DNA of 64,000 nt from Tubiluchus corallicola. Lineage: Eukaryota; Animalia; Priapulida. The notes under the pieces are model-generated. The model was not told where the DNA came from. It saw nothing but the letters and a program-made list of their open reading frames with translations, and made no database searches. Position numbers and translations under genes: made by a program. The stretch spans positions 310,001 through 374,000 of the forward strand of contig JAQGDQ010000018.1 of the NCBI GenBank assembly GCA_030141605.1. Reading direction: 5' to 3'. Numbering within the stretch: position 1 is the first letter of the stretch; each line of letters starts with the position of its first letter. Below are positions 1 through 10,693 of the stretch, piece by piece.

Positions 1-18
1 TGCTTCAAAAGGCATTCC

Positions 19-190
19 CGCTCAGAGGCTTCTTCACAGAAAACAGATGTACACAGCGGGATTATAAATGCATTTCACAGTCAACACAAGATGTGTACTA
101 CGTAGATATGTGCTACATCTCGTGTTAACTGTGAAATGCATCTATAATCCCGCTGTGTACATTTCTTTTCTGTAAAGAAGCCTCTGAGCG
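19..190. mobile_element. Fold-back (palindromic) MITE-like element
   Basis: Arms of about 77 bp (CGCTCAGAGGCTTCTT...AGATGT / ACATCT...AAGAAGCCTCTGAGCG) are reverse complements with few mismatches, around a loop of about 20 nt. Confidence 0.75.
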
Positions 191-3100
191 TAAGCATGCA
201 ATGGGAATTTATATCTCATAAATAATTTTTTCAGTTAAAGTATAGATATTATTTTATCAGTATTTCCACAACTTATCGCAACGCCACTAAATTTCATTTG
301 AAATTGCAAGGAATTTGCTACGTTATTTTTTGGGGGAAGGGGAGGCGCGGCAGACTCAGTGCACCCCGAGCGCCACAGTCTCTAGCTATGCCACAAAGTT
401 ATACTTTTCTTTAATAGCAAAGAAAAGCTATATAAAGATTACAAGCATACTATATTGCTGCAGTGTCATATTCCGAAGGAGGGGCCGTGTGCGGCATTTT
501 CGAAAATTAAACTGTGTAATGTGTTTTGCTTTTCTGTTGTTCAAGACAAAATCAACTTTTTCAGTACACAATCAAAGTGCAATCCGGCCACCTACAACCC
601 ACTCTCCATCCCACTCTTAGCTTTCGCGGTGCAGCACACTACCTAATTATTTTTTCTGTGTAATTCTTAAGCCTCAAGTTATACGTCGAAATTCAAGCGG
701 AAATTGAATGAAACGAACGTGCTCAGTTACTATTTTAACCTTGTTGATAGCCCTGTTATAAGCAAACATCTTGCTGCGTGCCTCATTAAACGACGGCAAC
801 TGTTACACACGACCACCCTTCCGTCATCACTTGGCTACAGTTACGAATGACATCACGCAGGGCCGAGTCAACAAAAATATACAGACATCCTTGCATTTTT
901 AGCCTCTAACACACACTCGACTCTATTTAACTAACTTGACTAGAAATGACTTTGTGCACTGTGCGGCTGAGAGAGACTACCGATTCTGAAAATTTATTTA
1001 TTTTAACTTTCGTCTTAAAGTACTCGCAATTTCTAAGCAAACTACATTTATCTCACAGATAACCCACTGGTACTCATTCAAGCTTTCTCGACACCATTAT
1101 TAAAGAAAAAGTGCGTTTTTTGGTAACCTAATTCCCAGCATTGACGAAATTCAGTCCTCCTCAGGATGATCTGGCTGAGATCTTAGTTTAACCGTGATAA
1201 TCGGTATTATTATAGAGAAAAGAATTGTACGCGAAAAGAATTAGTTACATTTCGCAGTTTACACTTTGTAACTGTCTGCATATCTCATTTGCTTTTGTAC
1301 AAACTTAAATTTTGTATCATTCCAAAGCTACACGCAAATTGTGAAGGCTTTTCAGCGCATTGGCTTCTCTGTACACGACGTGTTCGCTTGTTTCATGTGA
1401 TAAGCAGCTGCTGCTAACATGTTACACGTGCTTTTGATGACAGCCTTTACACGGAGAGGTCAGCTTTTCAACGTACTGAACGCTGCGTCAAACGCGTAGC
1501 ATACTGAGTACAGTAATGCGTAATAGACTAAAAATTTTCTAATTATATTTAAACTATTGTAGAGAGGTCCATTTTGTGCAAAAGTAAAGCTTTAATGATC
1601 TTTATAGGGCTGTGCTGAATGCAGAACTACCGAACCTGCCTAACGTTTTGCTAGGTTTAACTTATTCTGCAAGGACGCTATATCTAGAGACAGAAGAAAG
1701 AAAAATAAGACTAGAAAAGCTGTTAAATCTGTACTAAAGATGAGAGGTAACAGAATCAGTATTGGAATGAATTAGTTGAGTGTATTATACTACAGCCCAA
1801 CTGTAGAGCCTATCAAATTTCAGTTCAGCATGTTGCTGCCAATAATATTTTTGCTAACATTACTTTTTGCAGTCTAAATTTATCCGCTCGGTAAATTCTT
1901 TGGAAATGGGTCACCAAAATGTAATCTGTGTATCAACACTGCGTGGTCCAAGAAAAGTAAAATAATGAAGCAAACAGCTGACAGCTTAGTTAGCCTATGG
2001 ACACAACATTATTCTTCTCTTACTATTGTACATTTGTGATTTTCAAATTCATTATTTACAAGTCCACATGCTTTATATAAACAGTACGTTACTAATTTCA
2101 GTTAAAAACTCCATGCTTTTAACTTTTCAAGTTCCATATTTTTAAATCAGGCTACCTGTGTTTTCATAACTATGTTTGTTAGTGCGTTTGGAAAGTCTGT
2201 TATCTTCTTCATCGCCACTTTGACTTTGGTCCAAATCGGAATATTCTTCTAATTCTATATTATTATCCTTATGATTTTCTTCCATTTTCACCCAAATTTA
2301 CCTCTCGCAATTCAACATCAGGAGACGCAATTTTTCAGCATTTTTATATTTTTACGTTAGCTTGATTATGACACTGGCACTATAATTTGTTACACTATAT
2401 GACACAACGTTCCATGTTTCTTTGACTTTGCTCATGGAAGATACTCATCCCGCGCTGCCACGACTATGTTGATTTAGTGTTGTTTTACAGAGCAGATCGT
2501 GTTTTTATACAGCATGGTTTGCTAAATCTCTGGCTAAATGTAGGACCACACGGCGAGGCATTCACTTTATCTTTTTTAATGCATCTTAATCTTTCCAGAC
2601 AGCAGCTTGTGACCAGCAAAAGTAATTACATTAATTTGTAAATCGCCTTATGTTAGCCAGTGTGACGTCGAATAAACTTTTTTTATCTCGGATAATTCAT
2701 AAATGATATCCTTGTAGCAACTCTCCTTTAGTATTTTCATTAACTGACGCTGCACAGTCTACTGCCACTATCCATCCATGTCATCACACAATATAACTTT
2801 TGTAATTTTAAAAATCTTTGACGTTATGCAAACAGTAAAAAACTTCCACGTCTAAAAGTTGAAGTGACTTATTGACATTAGTAATTTCCAACGAGTTCTC
2901 ATGCGTTTCGAGTTCCTCACAGGAGTGCAACAAGCTGTTTGACTGCTCTCCAATTCAGAAAAGGTAACACTCGACTAAAACCTACACGCCCTTAACAAAA
3001 CTAATAAATCGGACGCATAAAAACTGGAACAGAGGGATGCTTTTCCAAGCACTTGAGGATTGAAATTACTTCCAAGTAGTTTGTTTAACAATCAGTACTG

Positions 3101-4497
3101 TTCTCAAACTAATTCAATGAGCATTTGTGTCTTGCCACTAAACCGACCATCACTCTAGACTGTTTCCGCATCGCATCTCGTGCACGTACTTCTCTTTGCT
3201 CTAACGAGCTGGAATACACATGTATCGTGCTGTGAATCTGCGCTGAGTTTATACATGGGATGCCGCAACTGCACTCCAGATGAGACGTGGTAATCTTAAC
3301 CGAGCCTTTATGTTTTACACACGAGTCATTAAAAGCTCTCAGAACGAACTGCAGCAAATTTGTTAAATCAACTCTTGGAGCGAGTTCTGCCCGAACTAGT
3401 TTATTCCACATTAATGGCAAAGCGCTATGTGAGTTGGTAACAAAAACATTCAAAACGGTCAACAGTGACCTTGTCTGTTCTTCAATTTGAACTGTTGAAA
3501 GATGCCGTACTGCTGACTAAATGCATGCAAATGGAAATGTTTTTGCCTGCTTCGTTATCAAATGAGGCGTTACCCTATAGTCTTTAAATTGCGAAATTAA
3601 GTATTTCTTATAGAAGATAAACATTTAATAAAAAATACTGTTTATAACCTACGTGATTATAACTCCAGTAAAAACGTCGTCTGATGTGAATAAGAGGGCG
3701 GATCGAAGAAACACACTTTTTGACTACCTTTGCAGTTACTGTTATTCAACCTTATGTACTGTTATTAAAGTTCCCATAACAGAACCCTGGATGTATATCA
3801 TTTGTCTCCTACTTAGCAAGTAATGACAACCTTTTAAATAGATCCATCGCTCTATGTAATTTATATCACATAATATATGCGCGTACATAAGCCACAAACT
3901 CGTTACTAAACTTAACAAAAACAATTTTATAAAACTTACAAGATAATTTAATCACTCATTAATAATAATTAAATTCGTCAGAATATTTAACAAGTATGAT
4001 GCAAGTATGCCACGAAAACTCTTCGTAATAAAATGATATCTAGTTGCATTATAAGTTCACAAACGAAGAAGAATTGCAGTTATGTTAATTTACTGCAGTT
4101 TGCTGTCATAAAAGCATGGAAACCAAATTTAGCTCATTTTGCGTGATTGCGTGTGAGCATAAATCAACTAATTGCAAGTTACATGAGCGGCAGTGATGAG
4201 AAAATTTACACAATACTGTAAATGTGGTGAATATGCAGTTTTGTGAATGGACTATATATATTGAGCTTCTACACTGGGCTAACAGTTGTTATTTTGAATT
4301 TCCCCTGTTATGAAAAAACCTAGTTTATTTATCAAGTGAATTTAGACATGTCTAAATACAAATGATTTTCGGGTATTTAAAAATGAGTAATTATAACTTG
4401 AAAGTTTTGTACAATGAAGTATTTCTGATGAATAATGAATAGTCGAACTTGTATCATATATTGTGCCAGAAAGTTATGAATACATATATAAAAGTGT

Positions 4498-4571
4498 TGA
4501 TTCACATGGGATTTGAACCTACGATTCTTGCTTTATTACAGCAGTGCATTAACCGGTTGCTCTTCAGGGTC
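4498..4571 (-). pseudogene. Degenerate tRNA-Ile(AAT)-like pseudogene or tRNA-derived SINE head
   Basis: Minus strand reads ...CCGGTTAATGCACTGCTGTAATAAAGCAAGAATCGTAGGTTCAAATCCCATGTGAATCA, with a B-box GGTTCAAATCC and a TAATAA anticodon loop; stems are poorly paired. Confidence 0.55.
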
Positions 4572-4851
4572 AAATCAGTGAGCTTATTAAATGTTACTGC
4601 TGCCTATCACATCAATGTTCTGTCACTGCTCTAAGCAGCTCAGTCTGGTTGCAAAGCATGCAAACACAAATTTCATGTGCAGAAGCAGAAAAACCCAGAA
4701 AAGCAGGTATCCCCAGTTATACCGCCATTAATACAAAGTTTGTGTTGAATAGATATCTGTAGCTCAAAATTAATAGTACATATTATTGATTAATTTAGGA
4801 TGCTGCAGTGATGAATAATCTGGACTCTTTACCTAACTGACCTACACTGGC

Positions 4852-5002
4852 GAGTAAAAATTAATAGTCTTAAAAGATATATTTTTATAATAAGTGCTCT
4901 TCATCTTAAAATATTGTCATTATTGTCATTACATATTCGTATACAGTCATGTATTAACAATATCATTTTTGACAAACGTTCCAGAAAGCAAGTAGCATAT
5001 TG
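4852..5002 (+). repeat. Dispersed direct repeat, copy 1 (about 150 bp; copy 2 at 6325-6473)
   Basis: Shared GAGTAAAAATTA...CTTAAAAGATAT...TAAGTG.TCTTCA.CTTAAAATATTGTCATT...AAAGCAAGTAGCATATTG. Confidence 0.85.
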
Positions 5003-5710
5003 TAACCAATATATATATATATATATAATTTTTATTGTACTCGTGGTACAATCACATCAAATCTTTTGCATTGTAGATTAAGGCGTTAACCAGGTATATG
5101 ACAGAGGACAAACAATATGACATGGTTTTTTTTAAAATATGATTTTTTATTTTTAAAAGTTGGAGTTAATTAGAAATTCATATTCGACCTGAGCAAATAT
5201 GCATTAAAGATAACTGTTAAGTGAAATAAATAGGTTAGATCCCATATTTTAATGAGAGTATACATGCAAAGTGCATAAGGCCTCACATGATATGAGTCAG
5301 CAAAATCCACTTTTAGTATTTTGAGTAGTTTAGTGCCCAGTCAGAATTACTTATCGCCATATCTAGTATTATCTTATCACTGACAGAATGAATCATAGGT
5401 ACAGAGTTTGTTATACTTGTTATCCAAACAACTTTATTTCTCTATAAATTTTCAGATATCAGACTTACTTTAATTGCTGCTCAATAGATTTTGATGCATT
5501 GGTACCATTAATATATGAAAAACTGAAAATGGTGTCACTGTTGGTTTTATCAAAAACCCGTAAGCAGTAATTGCAAACTTAAGTTACTTGAAATGAAATA
5601 CGTCAATTAAATGGTCAACTGCAACGCAAAAAGTGGATTTGATCTACATAAATGAAACACATGAATCAGATGTAATAATTATAATAAAAGAATACTATAA
5701 TTCCACTTAC

Positions 5711-5823
5711 CCAATGAAGACGTGCTTGATCTACGTGATGTTCCATAATACACACTCCCAGGAGAAGCATAACCTCCAGGAGGCCCCTCTCCTCTCATTG
5801 GAGAAGCTGTTCTGTCTCTATCA
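5711..5823 (-). CDS. TNS: Tensin exon ([11 protein letters not shown]...[13 protein letters not shown]); last one identified in window
   Basis: 113 nt, phase 2-1, TTCTAG / G|GTAAGT; ends with an open donor and no stop. Confidence 0.88.
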
Positions 5824-8800
5824 CTAGAATTAAAATGAATTAATGGGTTTATTGACTCACTATGCTTATGGTACCCATACACCAGAAGTTTGTTTTGACG
5901 GTTGTCAAAAGTATAGTTTTCTGGTAAATGGACAAAAATTTAAGTGAAGCCAAATAAACAATCTTTTTGAAATCTGTCTTTATCAACTAATTTATGTTTC
6001 CATTTTCAACACAAGATTTTTTCAAGCTGCTAAAAAAATAAATTAGCTGCTAATGATTTGTTTTGCATTCACATTCACTGACTAGCATCTGGTACCTCAA
6101 TAATTGATCTAAAATTTTGAATTTGTGTTGAATATGGATGTAGAAAAAATCGAACTAGGAAAATCTACTTCAAGTTCCTAAAAGCAAAAATGCACTTGTA
6201 CACTTTTTCCAAATGTGCTGAGTGTGTTAAATTGGCATTAACTGCAATGCTGTGGCTGAGATCAGTTGTAAAACAGCTGATGACGAATTTAAGCTTATTT
6301 TATAAAATAGCTAAGATATTTAGGGAGTAAAAATTATCTATAATTAAATTCTTAAAAGATATTTTTCTGAATAAGTGTTCTTCACCTTAAAATATTGTCA
6401 TTACATATTTGTGTAAAGTCATACATTAATAGCATCATTTTTTCAGAAGTTCCAAAAAGCAAGTAGCATATTGAATATGCTATCATGCTGAAAGGAATGT
6501 ATGAAACATTTGCACAGTATTACAGAGTGAAATGCTGCTTTTCCACTGATCGAGAATCTAAATCAATTTTTTACCTGTAGGTTAGGTATCCAGATATTGG
6601 GCCACGTGATGGTGTGCTGACAATTCCACCTGCACGCTGCTCATTTTGCTGTTGCCAGTTACTCTGTGCACTTTCAGATCCATGATGTGTGATCCTTCGC
6701 GTTTTTGTTGTGACTACTTCCCTATGGATGGTGTCTTGTTGTGCTGGCGAAGCTTGAAAAAAAATCAATAATCAGGTAACTCAAATATGCAAAATCATTT
6801 GATTAATGATTTATTTATCAGAAAAATATCAGTTGACTTCAACTTCGTTTAACACTGATCTTGTTAACTCTAGTTATCTCGTATCACTTCTCAAAGTCTC
6901 ATTAGAGCTCATCTTGTGTTGTATAGATCGTAGTGATTTCTCTTTGAAATAAGTTGAACAGAACTGATTGTAGGATAATATAGTACAACACTAAAATTTT
7001 TGCCAATTTTAACAATTATTATATATCACTTTTAATTTTTATTAATTTAGCCAAATTTATGCAACAATTGCACATGATTTATGCTAAATGTAGAAAATAC
7101 AAGATGATTCTGCTGTGAAAATCTGTACTCATAGGTCACATTTTTACTTCTGTAGCTTGCGTTTTCTACATAATTTTTGGTCTTACACTAAAGTGGAAGG
7201 GGATCCTTTAAGCCAAAATGAATAAAATAATGTGATAACTGTCTACTGATCTTTTAATACTAAGCTTTCTTTTTTGTCTTTTCATGGAGATGCGGAATTA
7301 AACACAATTTGTAACTTAAATGTCTATAATTATATTGTAGCAATCGTGAGACTGGGTACTTGCTGATAATTACAAAGTTCTTGATCGTGAAGATTACTTT
7401 GCGATGATGCCCCTATATTACAAACAACATTGTTTTTAGAATGCTTACCTCTGTTCATGTAAGGTGTGCCTGGCGTAACAGGGAAGGCAGGTGTAAGAGC
7501 TCTTTCATCTGGAGTGCCGTGTTGTAAAGGCGTCGACTCTTGAATTGGCCTACGATTCATGTAAGGTGTCGCTTGTGACACAGGAAATCCTAAAAAAATA
7601 GCTATTGCTTTCAAGTTCTGTTGAAAATTTGATATGAAGCAAGTAGTACAACCAATTAACTATGTTCTTGATAACTATAAATAAAAGGAAAGTATCTATT
7701 TCACACAATTTTTTAACTGATATCACTTTTATTACATACTAGCAGGTTCCGCTGGGCCTACTGGCCTAGGGGGTGCATGGACTTGTGCTTGTGTCATGAC
7801 CTGCTGTCTTTCTGCATGTGTCATGGCATGTTGTCTTTCTGCTTGCATCATGACTTGTTGTCTCTCTGGCTCAAGATTTGCTGTCATTTTTATGACATCA
7901 TTCACACCAGGGTCCTAACATGCAATAAAACGAGAAATAAGTAGTCTTCAAAAGGTTAGCATTGATCTAGTCTGTTGAAGATTAGACAGTCTAATAAAAT
8001 AAAATAATCAGTCGTAAATAATTGCTGCCAAATTTCCTAAATCATTTATTTAGTTATTTTTGATGAATCACAAAAAAATTATACTTATAAAAGATACAAC
8101 AGGACATGTTTTAACTGTTATAATATTGCATTCCATTATGCAACTTTATTAAAATTTGCAGTACCAGTTGTAGTTTATAGTATAGTTTACATTTCCTTTA
8201 AAGAATTAAGCTTACTGGAGGAGGAGGAGCTGCATCTGGTGGTCTCCTTTGCTGATCGATCTCTTCAATTCTGACAGGACTGTAGCTCTGCCCTAAAACA
8301 GAAAATCCTTGCTTAACAATGCTGACGAAACGTCCTTTCAATGTTTTCCATAAGAAATGATGTAAAAGAAGTCAGTTGCATGCCAGGAACAAAAATCAGT
8401 AGTGCTTGGCTGTGTAAAAGCCTTCATTATGTTGCAGGGAAAGAAATCAATAAAGTTTGGTTCATGAATTAGATACTTTACAGGGTTTAGTGCCTACAAT
8501 TCTACACTATGTATTGTTTAATCAAAAAGCTGTTGAGTAACTAAAGTATGGAAACTGAAATCTAAACTTGAAACATTAGTCCTCCCTCTTCTGGTTGCCC
8601 TCCTGCCATTTTTTGTCTTTTTCTTTCTATATTTTGTCTTACTTTCAAGCTTCTTTATATCATCCCCATTTTCAGTTTTGTCTTTGCGACAGCTAAAATG
8701 CAAATGAGGTAAACTCACTAATTAATTATGTAACATGAGAGAGTTTTTTTCAGCCAGAATAATGTTATCTAAACTTGGGAAAGCAATGAATCATTGTAGT

Positions 8801-10639
8801 CTGCTACATGTGCCTGACTGACTGCTCTACAACCAATAAATAATCTATGTGTAATCACTAATGGCAGAGACAAACTTCACTGCACTACAGTTGCATGTAT
8901 TATGGTAGTTTGCCAATAGCAAGCTGTAAATAAGCAGTTATTATTTATTTTAAATTAACGTTAATGTTAACTACCAGATTGGTATTGCTCATTGTGTTTT
9001 TGTTGCCCGTGGTGATGAATTTTTCTTTCGTGCTTGGTCATGGCAGTCCGATGTATTACCCATGGCTGAGTAGGTTGCTGCTGGGATGGCACTTCTTGCC
9101 TAGGCACAATATCCCTTCCCAATGGTTCCTCAACTGGTGGTTTTTTATCCCGTCCAATCGGCTCTTCAACTGGAGGTTTCTTGTCTCTTCCAATTGGTTC
9201 TTCAACTGGAGGTTTCCTATCCCTAGGCACTGTCTCAGGTGGAGGCTCTCTGAATTTGTTTGCTTCCTTTTTGGGGGCAACAGTTTTGCTGATAGGTTCT
9301 TCAGCAATGGGACGTTGATCCTTCGGAGCAGTTTCCTGTTTAGGAGCACGGGCTCTTCCCATCGGAACTTGTTCTGCTTGCTGAAATGGTGTTGGCTGTC
9401 CCATAATTGGCGACCTGCTTACTGGTTTCTTTTTACCCGGCACATGTGTCGCTGTTATTGGTGTTTCCTCTATTTGCCCTTGTTGCTGCTCAAGAGAAAA
9501 AATTCACAGATAAGAAACTCAGTTCAATTTTTCACCAATTTTTACTTCAATTAAGTTTTACAAAAATGTACAATGTGTTGCAAGTTTGTAATTAACAAAA
9601 AAACTGTAATGACATGAAAATTATTTTTAGAAAGGTGATGACTGTAAAACTGTGGCAGCTACTAAGCTTTGTAAAGGCACTATAGGCTAGACTCGAGTAA
9701 CATCGCATTAGAAAGCATATCACAAATTTTACAAACACAAAGAAATAATTGGTCAATAACTAACTCAGGCACTACTCAAACAAAGATTAGTTTATGGTTA
9801 TACTAACCTGTGATTTAGAGTAGGAAAACTCATTGTAGTAGTCGTGCCTTTGCGACATAGACCTACTATCCTAATTTAATACCAAATAAATGTTATTAGT
9901 AAATGTGCACACATGTTATAAGACAAAGGCACTAAGCTCTACTAAGCTTTCAAAATTGTTAAATTTGAAAAAGCAACTAAAGGTAGTTTCAAAGGCATGT
10001 TTAAAACGAACTTAAATCAACCTATTTAAGAAAAAATTTAGTTAAATATGTAATTGTAAAAGCCATAATAGAATCAAAATAATATTTCCATTAAGCAAAT
10101 TGTTATATTGCACATGGAAATAAATTTCTATAGGCTTTTTACTTTTAATAGTTTTTTCAAGTCATTTGCAAAGTGTCAAAATAAATTTTAACATGCATGT
10201 TTAAAGACTTGTCTTAAAAGCCATTGTAAAACTATAGTTGTATTATATTAAAACATTTCATTGCTGTGCTCCATGCTGCACAAGCTGCATGCACACTGAG
10301 ATAACTGTTCTGCAGTTTCTGCAATAGTTATATAACTGCAGAACAATTTACCAGTTTTACACTAAAATATATACTAACCATTTTTTGTATTTGCTCGGGA
10401 GTCACAGTAACAGGTTTTGTGCTAGGAGTATAGCTGGGTGTCACTGATTTTGGAAGTGGCATGGACTCAACCGGTCTCTGAACTGGCTTTGTTGTTACAG
10501 GCACTTCTGCTGATGGCAATGGGTGACGAGGTGCTGACTTTTTTGGCTCAGGTAAACTGTAACATAAAAAGTGCCTTAAATAATTGCTGTAATTGACCTA
10601 ATCCTGTCCCATGTTAGACAAAATTTTTACAGTCGTTAT

Positions 10640-10693
<54 letters not shown>

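Noticed and set aside
330-395. GC-rich end CTAGCTATGCCAC resembling a MITE terminus
   Set aside because: No matching opposite end found.
4498-4571. Functional tRNA-Ile
   Set aside because: Acceptor, D and anticodon stems are disrupted; listed as a pseudogene instead.
8518-8718. Lys-rich minus-strand ORF with a good acceptor at 8692
   Set aside because: Out of phase with the upstream tensin exon (stop after 12 codons); the flanking exons already join in frame.
8964-9554. 196-aa plus-strand ORF
   Set aside because: Antisense shadow of the repeat-containing tensin exon; no independent protein signature.
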